Of a stretch of DNA of 64,000 nt, positions 18,441-27,922 are shown piece after piece. The position numbers and the translations under genes are program-made. The notes beneath the pieces are model-generated. The model did no database searches, was not told the origin of the DNA, and worked only from the letters and a program-made list of their open reading frames with translations. The stretch spans positions 93,568-157,567 of the forward strand of contig CAZLEV010000001.1 of the NCBI GenBank assembly GCA_964558645.1. The letters are read 5' to 3'. How positions within the stretch are numbered: position 1 is the stretch's first letter; each line of letters begins with the position of its first letter. Source of the DNA: an uncultured archaeon (GTDB lineage Archaea; Asgardarchaeota; Thorarchaeia; Thorarchaeales; Thorarchaeaceae).

Positions 18441-19544
18441 TTGGTAGGTATACATCCTGTTCCTAGTCTCGGAGTAAGCGTAGATTCTCAGTTTCCAATG
18501 AGTGATATTCTGGCCGTTATCCCCTATGTGTTGCCGCTTGTCTTTCTCGGAATGATATTTCTTTTCTATCAGCGATATCTACCAAGGGATGAGTTACGAC
18601 GGAATATCCTCGTCTTCGTCGGCATCGTGTTTCAAATCACGGCGTTCCTCATGGTGCTTTACACAGGATTTGGGGCCGTCTGGTGGGGGCCAGATGAATT
18701 GACCTTTGGTTCGTGGTGGTTTCTCATAGGTCTTCTTCAATTTGCCACTGATGTTGTGTTCGGGTCCGTCCTGGCCAGCATGATCTACCTCATCCTGGTA
18801 GTTGTTGCGCTGGGTATTGCCACACATTATGTGATAGCTCCTCCCGATCCTGACTTTGTGGCCCTTCGCGAGGAATTGCGGAATACCCAAGAGGCACTGA
18901 AAAAGGCGGAGGAGGCAGTTAGACAACTCGAAGCTGAAAAGAAACAGCTCACGGAGCAGTTCGCGGAGCGGGAAGACAGCTTCTCAGAGCTCCAGTCTGA
19001 ACTCGAGTCCTTGAAGGCACGAGTTGAGGATGCAGAGGCGGAGAAAGTGAGTCTGGCAAAGCAGCTCGAGGAAGCACCGGGGGTCGGCGTCGAGCGTGAA
19101 CAGCAGCTTGTTGCTGAGATAGCCAAGAAGGATGAGACCATCCAATCCCTTCAGTCTGAGATAGACGATCTTCGCCTTGTTGTTGAATCCCGGCCAACTG
19201 CCGTGGTTGATTCTGAACAGATCTCTAGTTTGGAGTCAGAGCTGAAGACAGCAAAGGCAACATTGGTAGACGTCGCTCGACGCGCAGAGACTGCATCTGA
19301 GGTGTCTGATAGCGTCATATCTGACTTGGCTGAATTAATCTCTACAATCGAGGGAAGCGGCCTGGATCCGTCTGCAAAGATCGCTTTGACAAGTCTGGTC
19401 AAAGGACTTGGTAGGGCAATGGGGCGTGTCTCGCGACCAGATGATGGTAAAGCACCAGATACCCGTGTTGAGATGATCGGGGCCGTCATGATGGTGCACG
19501 AGATTGTGGATGGAATCAAGAAGCTGGTCCGCTCAACCAAATGA
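18441..19544 (+). CDS. Membrane protein with 3-4 N-terminal TM helices and a long coiled coil
   Basis: GGAGG SD before TTG; hydrophobic N-terminal third; E/K/Q/L heptad region ~aa 138-285; helical C-terminal domain. Confidence 0.8.
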   Translation: MVGIHPVPSLGVSVDSQFPMSDILAVIPYVLPLVFLGMIFLFYQRYLPRDELRRNILVFVGIVFQITAFLMVLYTGFGAVWWGPDELTFGSWWFLIGLLQFATDVVFGSVLASMIYLILVVVALGIATHYVIAPPDPDFVALREELRNTQEALKKAEEAVRQLEAEKKQLTEQFAEREDSFSELQSELESLKARVEDAEAEKVSLAKQLEEAPGVGVEREQQLVAEIAKKDETIQSLQSEIDDLRLVVESRPTAVVDSEQISSLESELKTAKATLVDVARRAETASEVSDSVISDLAELISTIEGSGLDPSAKIALTSLVKGLGRAMGRVSRPDDGKAPDTRVEMIGAVMMVHEIVDGIKKLVRSTK

Positions 19545-19669
19545 TTGTCGGGCCTTTACTTCAGATTTATGCGTTCACTCGGAAGATGGAAGGTTTGGAT
19601 TGACAAACGCTTTCAGTCGTAATGCTTAATAGACCCATGCCAAGTTGTTTGGTTAATCACACACGATCT

Positions 19670-19800
19670 TAGAGAACGCGATTTGAGGAGATATTCCTGT
19701 TGCGCTGGAGGAGAGTTGCAGCAGGCTTCGGAGGTTTGTTAGCAGTCGCAAGTAGAGTGTCCATATGACACCTTCTCTGCGTTGCTTGCCTCGTTCTCTA
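19670..19800 (+). ncRNA. Putative structured 5' leader (three-way junction) of the large S8 gene
   Basis: TAGAGAACG(19670-78)/CGTTCTCTA(19792-800) closes two hairpins: CCTGTTGC/GCAGCAGG (19696-725) and AGCAG-CGCA...GTGTC-catat-GACAC...TGCG-TTGCT (19741-786). Confidence 0.45.
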
Positions 19801-19828
19801 TGTCAACTTGTGAGGAGAAAGAGTAAAA

Positions 19829-22800
19829 ATGAGTAAAAAGCGAACTGTAGCAGTTCTGTTATTTCTGGCTGCCCTGAGCATGTCTATGCTTATGGCACCA
19901 GTAGGCCCGATGGCCAGCACAGAATCTGCCAGCCCGCCAGCGCTCACTCCAGATGTCCAGGATCAGGTGGACGAGTGGTATAAGACCCTCGAACAGCCTG
20001 GCTACCAGGCCACAGTCGACTCTGTGTTGGCTGAATGGAGTAGGAGCGGCGTGCTGAGCGACAGGGTCGTGACCAGACCTGACGGCGCCGTGAGTGCGCT
20101 TGTCTTTATGGCCCCATGGGTCGATATGACAGCCGTACGCGACGTTGTTGAGGTAAAATGGTCAGTAGACCTGAAGGCAATGAGGACCGCTCTGGTCAAC
20201 GTGCCTGGTGTCGATGCTCTCGAGGCACTGAGAGCAATCGATGGTGTTGGTGGAATCGAGGCCGATCAGTATAGGTTTGAGCGACCAGATGAACTGGTCA
20301 AGAACTTGGACAAGCTTGAGAACCCAGGTATCGGGGTTGATATGTACAAGATCAAGGAAGTTGTGAAGGCTGATGACAGCACACTCTACGCCGGCCAATA
20401 CAACGGTAGCGGAGTAGTTGTCGGTCATCTTGACACAGGAATGGACTATGGCAATCCTGAGCTGGAGCACACCCTTGATGCAATCAATCACGGTGCTTAC
20501 GACCCAAGTGGTGATGGGCTGGTTCCAACGTTCTATCACGCAAACTCCACTCCAGTCAACGTGACCGAGTGGACAGCAGACCCCTATAACCTTCTGACCT
20601 ACGTGGATGACGACGGCTTCGTCTACCTCGATGTCGAGGGTTGGGATCCCATGGTCAACTCGTACTACTATCCAGGATATCTGATTGGCAATGATGATCA
20701 TGCTGGCTGGTTGTACTACTATTCCAATGCATGGGGTGTCGAGGGAGTCCAAGATGTCTTCGAGAACTATGTCTGGAAGGACATCAAACTACCCAATGCA
20801 TCGGCACTTGCCACTGGTACCAACTACTCAGTTGGTTTCATCATGCAGCAGCGATGGTCTCCGATGAGCATGATATTCGGTCCTGCTCTTGTCTACGAAG
20901 ACACTGGCAACGAGAAGAACGTCATTGTTGGCTGGGAGGACACTCTCGGCTGGAACAAGCTCTGGTCTGGTGCCATCTGGTACGAGGCTATCGATCTCAC
21001 GGACATCTACGACGCATATGATGTTGTCACCACATTCGACAACAGCTTCTATGATGAGTGGGACGAAGGAGAGATCTACAACCTTGATAACCCGATTGTG
21101 AACAAGGACTTCAGCGGCGACGGTATTGCCGACTTCAGCCTTGGTGCACTTGGCTGGTGTTACGACGACCATGGTTGGTTTGACAATGAGATCCTCTTCA
21201 ACGGTATCAGGAGCGATGGTGACGCCTTCGCACTGTACTTTGACGATGGCACTCACGGTACTGCAACCGCTTCACATGTTGCAGGTGCAGGCAAGCTGAC
21301 CTATGAACATGCAGAGGAAGGCTTCGGCACAACTGAGTTCACCATGGAAGGTATCGCACCTGGTGCAAAGATCCAGTCAGTCAGACTGATCACTCATGGT
21401 GGATCCTACGGCTCGTATCTATGGGTCTGTGGTTTCCATTGGAATGAGACCAGTGGTGAGTGGTACTACCTAGGTGAGCATGAAACTGACCTCGTGACCA
21501 ACTCTTGGGGTTGGATAACCGAACCAGCAAGTGAGATGAACTATCTCGCGCTGACCTGGAACATCCTGTCAAGTCCTGGCTTCCTCGATGCGACCTATAA
21601 CGGCGTCCTGCACGTATTCTCAGCAGGCAACGAGGGTTCAGGATTCATGACGATTGGTCCGCCCGGCGCAGCACACGGTGTCCTTACTGTTGGTGCCTCT
21701 ACTAGCAGTCACTGGCTTGAGTACCTCTATGGCCCGACACAGCCCTACGAGGGTCTGGCATCCTTCACAAGCAAGGGACCGGCCTATTCTGGCTATGTCA
21801 AGCCCGATGTACTCGCACCTGGTCTTGCAGGCTACGCAGCCGTGCCCTGGTTTGCACAGTACATGGCTGCAGATGGTTACTGGCTCGCTAGCGAAGCAGA
21901 ATACACGCTGTTCTCTGGTACTAGTCAGGCAGCCCCCGTTGTAGCGGGTGTTGCAGCACTCGTCTACGAGGCGATGGGCGGAGCTCATGCGACCCCGTTC
22001 GAGGCAAAGATGATTCTCCAGTCAACCGCTGACGACTTGGGTTATGACCCGGCGAGTCAGGGCTTTGGGAGAGTCAATGCAGATGCAGCTTGTGCATTCG
22101 CAGAAGGAACTGCTGGTGCAGTATCATACAACATCGACTCGTGGAACAACATTGCAGCAATCCTAGCTAACCCATGGAAGAAATGGGGTACAACCGGAAC
22201 TCCGGCCAACAAGAGCCTGGACTACCCAACAGACTTCTGGGATGGTTCGCTCTTCTTCGGTCATTTGTATCCGGGTGAGAGTGCCACAATCCATCAGAAC
22301 GTCCACACTGACTTCTTTGGAACCCGTGTTGCATTCGGCGCCATGAGCTCGTTCGATGCATACACGATGGTCGAGGCCGAAACATTCACGTTCACCGACA
22401 CGACGTTTGTATATTCAGACGACAACGTGACGGGAGATCTAGCATACGGTTACCACATGCTGAGTGACCTTATTGGTGTTGACTACGACACGGCCGCTTC
22501 GACCTACAAGTACATCACCATCGGCGTATCATTCGATGCTGCTGATGTTGCTGGTGCAGAGCCATGGATGTTCCTCTATGACTGGGAAGACAACAATGTC
22601 ACTGATGGCTATCCGAACCTCTGGAACGGAACCCACGGTGATGAACTGCATCGTCTGACCAGCGCGAGCGACCCGAGTAACACCAACATGATGTCTTGGG
22701 CCACCACAGATGCGAACATCAATGCCGCACTCCTAGGTGACCTGACGTTGGTCATCCATGATCCTGTGTTCGATGCCAATGAGACAGCTAGCCTACTTGG

Positions 22801-24619
22801 CCTAGTTGACGGCAACGAGTTCACAGCCACTGTGATCTTCTGGCAAGAGGTCGACGCATCTGCTTCGATCACCTTCGCGGATGGTGGAGCGGAGCACACT
22901 GTGAACATCACAATGGATGTTCCCGCTGGTACCGATGCTGGTATCCATCAGGGATTCGTTGTGTTGACCTACGGAACTGACGTCCTGAGGATTCCTTGGA
23001 GCGTCATGGTCAAGGCACAGATTGCAGTTGGAAAGGACACCGCACAGACCATCGTTGATGGCTTTGGTGATGCCCTATCACCCTACGACATGCCGATGTA
23101 CGGCTGCATGGATTCTGACCCAGACGACTGGGACTTCAGAACCATCGTTCTGAACATCCCCGAGGCTGGAGAGAACGCTACCTACCTCGGTGTACGTGTT
23201 ATCTGGCCTGAAGGCGGAAACAACATGTACGTCGATGTACGCGATGAGAACGCAACATCTCTTGCTGCTGGTGCCGACGGCACTGCAACAACTACTGCGA
23301 TTCTTGCTGCTTTGCCAGCCGACCCAGTTGGTGACTACTACCTCTTCATGCATGCGCTCGCTGTGAACGGTACAACGTTCCTACCTGCGAACTACAGCGT
23401 CGAAGTGATGTGGTACGAAGAGCTAACCACTCAGGATCTCCAGTTCACCTGGACATCCAACGATAAGCCCAGTCCGTCAACTATCACGGACGGCGACACC
23501 CTTGTGGGCGATCACGTAGTGGTCAATGCTTCCTACCCAGAGTTCAACCTGCCGGCAATGCCCGAGTACGAGGTTGACTCAGTCGGGATCTCGTTCCTGT
23601 CTGGTCTCTACCATGTGGGCACAGGACCCCTTGTCATTCCGGACGCCAACTACGATCCATTCTCAGGTGTGATTGATCTTGATCAGTTTGCTTGGGAGTA
23701 CGTGGAAGGTATCAACGCGGGCGACACAGTCAAGGTGACTGCTGACTTCACGAACGGCGACTGTGACATCATGGCATGGTGGGCTGACACCGACAACAGC
23801 ACATGGACCTACGCGAACAACATTCTGGGCTCTCAGATGGCCACTGGTGCCAAACCTGAGAAGGGCTCGTTTGTTGCAACTAGGTCGGGTGCGGTCATGT
23901 TCGGTATCTTCGACTACGATCTGCAAGAGGGTACATACACACTGACAGTAGACACTCGAGTTGGTGTATCAGCAACTGGTACTCCCGATGAGGTAACCTA
24001 CGACACGTATACGTTCCTGAAGAACGGTAGCTTCTCAGTGCAGGTTGAGGCGACGACCAAGACCAACATTGGATTCGAGGTCAACTACTTAGAGCTGAGA
24101 TTCGAGAACTTCTTCTCGCCAGTAGTCTCTGACGTAGAAGTCACTGGTACTGGCACGACGAAGAACATCACGTGGACAGCCTCCGACCTGAACGCAGGTG
24201 ACGATCTCTACTTCGAGCTCTATCTGTCTCAGGACTCGGGAACGACCTATCAGCTCGTAGCTGTGAACCTCACTGAGACCTTCTACCTCTGGGATTCATC
24301 CGAGTTCATCGAACGGGACACCTACAGGATTCGGGTCATTGTCTTTGACAACGATCCTAATGAGAATCCAACTGTAGGTCCCAATGACTACTGGATGGGT
24401 CTGACTGACTCTGCGGAGTCTGAGGTGTTCAGTGCAGGCGGAGTCGAGCCAACAACCACTACGACTACCACAACTACGACCACCACAACCACTACAACCA
24501 CAACCACAACCACGGAAGAGCCCCCAGTGGGTATCGATCCGTTGTGGATTGGTCTGATTGGCGGTATTGGTGTCGGTGTTGTTGTCGTGTTGATACTCTT
24601 CCTTGTGAAGAAGAAGTAG
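19829..24619 (+). CDS. Large cell-surface S8 protease (pyrolysin/STABLE-like) with Thr-rich stalk and C-terminal anchor
   Basis: Signal peptide; HLDTG, HGTATASH, SAGNEG, GTSQAAPVVAG; many NxS/T sequons; poly-Thr, TM, KKK terminus; GAGGAG SD. Confidence 0.92.
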   Translation: MSKKRTVAVLLFLAALSMSMLMAPVGPMASTESASPPALTPDVQDQVDEWYKTLEQPGYQATVDSVLAEWSRSGVLSDRVVTRPDGAVSALVFMAPWVDMTAVRDVVEVKWSVDLKAMRTALVNVPGVDALEALRAIDGVGGIEADQYRFERPDELVKNLDKLENPGIGVDMYKIKEVVKADDSTLYAGQYNGSGVVVGHLDTGMDYGNPELEHTLDAINHGAYDPSGDGLVPTFYHANSTPVNVTEWTADPYNLLTYVDDDGFVYLDVEGWDPMVNSYYYPGYLIGNDDHAGWLYYYSNAWGVEGVQDVFENYVWKDIKLPNASALATGTNYSVGFIMQQRWSPMSMIFGPALVYEDTGNEKNVIVGWEDTLGWNKLWSGAIWYEAIDLTDIYDAYDVVTTFDNSFYDEWDEGEIYNLDNPIVNKDFSGDGIADFSLGALGWCYDDHGWFDNEILFNGIRSDGDAFALYFDDGTHGTATASHVAGAGKLTYEHAEEGFGTTEFTMEGIAPGAKIQSVRLITHGGSYGSYLWVCGFHWNETSGEWYYLGEHETDLVTNSWGWITEPASEMNYLALTWNILSSPGFLDATYNGVLHVFSAGNEGSGFMTIGPPGAAHGVLTVGASTSSHWLEYLYGPTQPYEGLASFTSKGPAYSGYVKPDVLAPGLAGYAAVPWFAQYMAADGYWLASEAEYTLFSGTSQAAPVVAGVAALVYEAMGGAHATPFEAKMILQSTADDLGYDPASQGFGRVNADAACAFAEGTAGAVSYNIDSWNNIAAILANPWKKWGTTGTPANKSLDYPTDFWDGSLFFGHLYPGESATIHQNVHTDFFGTRVAFGAMSSFDAYTMVEAETFTFTDTTFVYSDDNVTGDLAYGYHMLSDLIGVDYDTAASTYKYITIGVSFDAADVAGAEPWMFLYDWEDNNVTDGYPNLWNGTHGDELHRLTSASDPSNTNMMSWATTDANINAALLGDLTLVIHDPVFDANETASLLGLVDGNEFTATVIFWQEVDASASITFADGGAEHTVNITMDVPAGTDAGIHQGFVVLTYGTDVLRIPWSVMVKAQIAVGKDTAQTIVDGFGDALSPYDMPMYGCMDSDPDDWDFRTIVLNIPEAGENATYLGVRVIWPEGGNNMYVDVRDENATSLAAGADGTATTTAILAALPADPVGDYYLFMHALAVNGTTFLPANYSVEVMWYEELTTQDLQFTWTSNDKPSPSTITDGDTLVGDHVVVNASYPEFNLPAMPEYEVDSVGISFLSGLYHVGTGPLVIPDANYDPFSGVIDLDQFAWEYVEGINAGDTVKVTADFTNGDCDIMAWWADTDNSTWTYANNILGSQMATGAKPEKGSFVATRSGAVMFGIFDYDLQEGTYTLTVDTRVGVSATGTPDEVTYDTYTFLKNGSFSVQVEATTKTNIGFEVNYLELRFENFFSPVVSDVEVTGTGTTKNITWTASDLNAGDDLYFELYLSQDSGTTYQLVAVNLTETFYLWDSSEFIERDTYRIRVIVFDNDPNENPTVGPNDYWMGLTDSAESEVFSAGGVEPTTTTTTTTTTTTTTTTTTTTTEEPPVGIDPLWIGLIGGIGVGVVVVLILFLVKKK
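24452..24514 (+). repeat. 21-codon poly-threonine tract (ACN repeat), probable glycosylated stalk
   Basis: ACA ACC ACT ACG... in frame just before the TM anchor; third positions are mixed. Confidence 0.9.
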
Positions 24620-24633
24620 CTCTAGACTTTCAA

Positions 24634-24666
24634 AGGGGGCACACGCCCCCTACACCCTTTTTTTTT
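24634..24666 (+). terminator. Hairpin plus oligo-T terminator
   Basis: AGGGGGC-acac-GCCCCCT followed by T9, 15 nt after the stop codon. Confidence 0.8.
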
Positions 24667-24724
24667 CAGATACTCATCCCAGAATCAGTCCATAAGATTG
24701 GTCGTTTCGCTTTCTGACTAGCAC

Positions 24725-25744
24725 TCACTTTGCAGTGATTCGTCCTATTCTCAGACCCTCCGGATTCACCACATTGGGTGGTATTCTGCCTGAGAGAGCC
24801 GCTATGATATTCTCCGCGCACATGACTGACATTTTGTTGCGAGTTGCGTAGCTGGCGCTTCCAATGTGGGGCAGAACCACTGTATTGGGCAGTCTTGTGA
24901 GTTCATTGTCTGCGTCAAGGGGTTCCTGTGTGAATACATCCAGCCCGGCTGCGTGTAGGTGCCCGCTCTTGAGTGCATCAATAAGTGCTTCTTCGTCAAC
25001 AACCGGCCCCCTGGATGTGTTGACGAGTATCGAACCTTGCTTCATCATCTGGATCTCTCTTGCACCTATCAATCCCTCTGTGGACTCATCCAACGGAACG
25101 TGAAGTGTCACTATGTCTGATTCGGAGAGCAGTTCCTCCAACGATACGCTCTTGGCCCCAACCTCTCTCTCGATTGAAATTGTACCCTCGTTTCTACTAC
25201 GGGAATGGTACAGCACCTTCATGGCGAATCCCTTGGAGCGTCGAGCAACTGCTGATCCAATTCGCCCCATCCCAACGATTCCCAGTGTGGCACCGAAGAC
25301 ATCTTTTCCAAGCAAGAGCATCGGCCGCCACCCAACCACCCACTCTCCCTGCCGCACATACCTATCTGCCTCTACAACTCTGCGGCATGTCGCCATGATG
25401 AGCGCCCATGTTAGGTCTGCAGTTGTTTCAGTGAGAACTCCAGGGGTATTGGTGACAATCACACCTCGTTCTGTGGCAGTTTCAATGTCAATGTTGTCAT
25501 AGCCCACAGCGTATTGGGATATAACCTCAAGCTTGGGCAGTTGTAAGATCAACTCTCTATCAATGGGGTCCGAGAGGAGCGTGACCAGGCCCTGGCAATC
25601 TCTTGCTTGTTCCGCTATTTCTTCTTTGGTGGGTTCCCGATTATGCTCCCAGACTTTGACATCGAATTCTCTTCTCAGTATAGCTAACCCTTTGTCCGGT
25701 ATCTCACGGGTCACGAAGACCTTCTTCAAATCAATACTCTCCAT
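24725..25744 (-). CDS. gyaR: Glyoxylate reductase / D-2-hydroxyacid dehydrogenase
   Basis: KVFVTREIP, AVGYDNID, NTPGVLTETTAD, GMGRIG, NTSRG, LDVF, PHIGSA; start moved to ATG 25744. Confidence 0.9.
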   Translation of the reverse strand: MESIDLKKVFVTREIPDKGLAILRREFDVKVWEHNREPTKEEIAEQARDCQGLVTLLSDPIDRELILQLPKLEVISQYAVGYDNIDIETATERGVIVTNTPGVLTETTADLTWALIMATCRRVVEADRYVRQGEWVVGWRPMLLLGKDVFGATLGIVGMGRIGSAVARRSKGFAMKVLYHSRSRNEGTISIEREVGAKSVSLEELLSESDIVTLHVPLDESTEGLIGAREIQMMKQGSILVNTSRGPVVDEEALIDALKSGHLHAAGLDVFTQEPLDADNELTRLPNTVVLPHIGSASYATRNKMSVMCAENIIAALSGRIPPNVVNPEGLRIGRITAK

Positions 25745-25960
25745 GTGGATGCTCCATGCTGTACATCGTCTTAACCAACTCTGATTAATCTCACGCCTCA
25801 AGGAATCAATCCAGAAAAACACAGTAGACAGGAAGCAGTAACTTTATCAATAATGGGTCGATACGCTCGGCTGCAAAACAATGCGTAAATCCTGCCCCTT
25901 ATATCTGGAAACGCTAAATATATGCAACGAGCAACAACGCTCTCAGGTCGGGTGTTAAAG

Positions 25961-26233
25961 ATGAACATGTCTCTAGAACTACCTCGCAGTGCGATTATTG
26001 TACTTGACAAGCTGCAACATGAGGGACCAATGACACCGAAAGACATCTCTGACAAGGTTGATCTAGCCCCGAGAACTGTATCGTTTGCACTCAGGAAGCT
26101 TATGGGTCAGAAGCTCTGTCGCAAGATACCAAACCTGCAAGACATGCGACAGCCCCTCTATCTGGCTGATCTGGAGAGAACTCGAGAACTTCGAATGAAG
26201 TACGAGCATGTCTTCCGTCAGGTACTGATCTGA
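25961..26233 (+). CDS. Small winged-helix (MarR-like) transcription regulator
   Basis: LPRSAIIVLDKLQHEGPMTPKDI...LAPRTVSFALRKL...PNLQDMRQPLY. Confidence 0.85.
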   Translation: MNMSLELPRSAIIVLDKLQHEGPMTPKDISDKVDLAPRTVSFALRKLMGQKLCRKIPNLQDMRQPLYLADLERTRELRMKYEHVFRQVLI

Positions 26234-26246
26234 TTATCGGCTCATG

Positions 26247-26282
26247 GAATCCTTGGGTGAACAACGCAGTTCACGGGGATTC
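26247..26282 (+). terminator. Long hairpin after the wHTH gene
   Basis: GAATCC-TT..GTGAAC-aacgca-GTTCAC-GG-GGATTC followed by a pyrimidine tract. Confidence 0.45.
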
Positions 26283-26342
26283 TCCCCTCTGTTTCAGCTA
26301 GAGTTAATAGTGCTTCTCTTTTGCTTCTGACAGTGGCTGAAC

Positions 26343-26528
26343 ATGGCGCATGAAGGTTTGACTGTAGTGCTCGTAGTACTCGGTGTTATGTTACTGCTTG
26401 GCTACTATCTAGGACCAAATCGTGAAACACGTGCAGTGAAGAGAATTGAGGGCAAGATTATGCTGGTACCAACTGGTGTTCTTCTCTTCATCCTCGCCGC
26501 TGTTATTTTCTCAGGAATACTCGGCTAG
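26343..26528 (+). CDS. Small two-TM membrane protein (61 aa)
   Basis: Two hydrophobic helices separated by a basic loop; stop overlaps the convergent citG-like gene. Confidence 0.75.
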   Translation: MAHEGLTVVLVVLGVMLLLGYYLGPNRETRAVKRIEGKIMLVPTGVLLFILAAVIFSGILG

Positions 26529-27496
26529 TCTTCGGGAAACTCCATAGCCAATAGTCTGCATAGAAGGCCCGCTGACAGGAGATCTGCTGTACTACCCGGA
26601 TTCAGACGATTATTTTCAACCCCAAAACTCCTCTCAAGCATGGATAGTTTCTCCTCGATACACATTTCGCCGTCGATATACGATATGGCGTCGACAATGC
26701 TTTTCTGAACTTGTTGGGCCTTGGCCAGACCTTCTTTCTTTGCTATCAGCTTGTCAGGATGTCGCGATAGAAGCCATAGAAAGGTCTCAACGATGCCCTC
26801 CTCAATGTCTTCGAACCCCCTGATTGTCTTTGTAAGATGCGGATAGATTTCTTCGATGACTCTGGAGTATGCTGTTGCATACTCTTCACTGATTGCATCC
26901 ACATCCCTTGCAAGTTCCGACAGCTTGAGCAGCGTGAGTTCATCATCTGAAACATTCTGGTACACTCTCGGATTCGCGATATCATAGCGGGAATGCATCT
27001 CAGTCCAAGACTCCTCTATTCTCGCACTGATGCCGCTAGTGAGGTTATGGCGCAATGCCCGATAGAAATGCAGTGTATCATCAACAGTGGTCAGTTCCAG
27101 AATGCGTCTGATCGATGCTCTGAGGGTCTGAGGTTGAAACGCTCCTGCATCTAGGACAGTGTACGTAGAGGCCACCACCAGGGGTATGTGTAAAATGATT
27201 GAACCGAGGATTGTGTTGCTCTTGCTGAATCCTGAGAATGCATCATCGACACAGCCTAGAATCAACTCCCCGATGCCAACCTCTGCTGGATCAATCTGCC
27301 CGCTGTGGAGAAGAATCCCCTTTTCTGCTGCTTGCTTCATACCTCTGTTTGTCAAAGCGATGGTCGCCAAGAAATGCCGATAGGACATATCAGAGAAGCG
27401 CCTCAGTCGATTCACGTTTCCTGGTTTCGGGGCACTGACTTCAAGGAGCATGGCGAGCTGTGCGAGACTTGTGATTCTCCAAGCTAGGTCTTTCAC
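26525..27496 (-). CDS. citG: CitG/MdcB family (triphosphoribosyl-dephospho-CoA synthase-like) protein
   Basis: LEVSAPKPGNVNR, NTILG, LNPGSTADL. Confidence 0.85.
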   Translation of the reverse strand: MKDLAWRITSLAQLAMLLEVSAPKPGNVNRLRRFSDMSYRHFLATIALTNRGMKQAAEKGILLHSGQIDPAEVGIGELILGCVDDAFSGFSKSNTILGSIILHIPLVVASTYTVLDAGAFQPQTLRASIRRILELTTVDDTLHFYRALRHNLTSGISARIEESWTEMHSRYDIANPRVYQNVSDDELTLLKLSELARDVDAISEEYATAYSRVIEEIYPHLTKTIRGFEDIEEGIVETFLWLLSRHPDKLIAKKEGLAKAQQVQKSIVDAISYIDGEMCIEEKLSMLERSFGVENNRLNPGSTADLLSAGLLCRLLAMEFPED

Positions 27497-27579
27497 ACTT
27501 CTTCACCCATCACATCTGATCCGGTACTGATATGACGCAGAAAGCATAATAGGGCTTCTGAATCAACTCTGGGTAGCTG

Positions 27580-27918
27580 ATGTTCATGAGCATATCTGCA
27601 CGTCTCACCTTTTCGCAAGTAGGCCTTCTGGTTTCAATCATTGTCTACCTCGCCGTGAGAGGATTTTTCGTCATATTGAATCTCGGCCTCTTATGGACGC
27701 AAGTGGGGGGTTTCCTCAGTATTGCATTTCCTCTAGGCCCGGTCATTGTTCTAGGATTTACTGCATGTGTGGTTTCGTACGGTTATTCCTATCTTGGCCT
27801 CTGGCTGATGGATAACTACCAACACATGGTTGGGCTCCTCACCATATTCTTCGGAGTGATTCTCATCCCGGGGGCACTAGCAGTCTACTCATGGTTCTTC
27901 TTCCCCGTGATTGTGTGA
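27580..27918 (+). CDS. Small multi-pass membrane protein
   Basis: Almost entirely hydrophobic (3-4 helices); fits the gap between flanking genes. Confidence 0.65.
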   Translation: MFMSISARLTFSQVGLLVSIIVYLAVRGFFVILNLGLLWTQVGGFLSIAFPLGPVIVLGFTACVVSYGYSYLGLWLMDNYQHMVGLLTIFFGVILIPGALAVYSWFFFPVIV

Positions 27919-27922
27919 TCTA

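Noticed and set aside
24452-24514. Phase-variable microsatellite
   Set aside because: Third positions vary (ACA/ACC/ACT/ACG), so it is a protein-level Thr stalk rather than a slippage tract.
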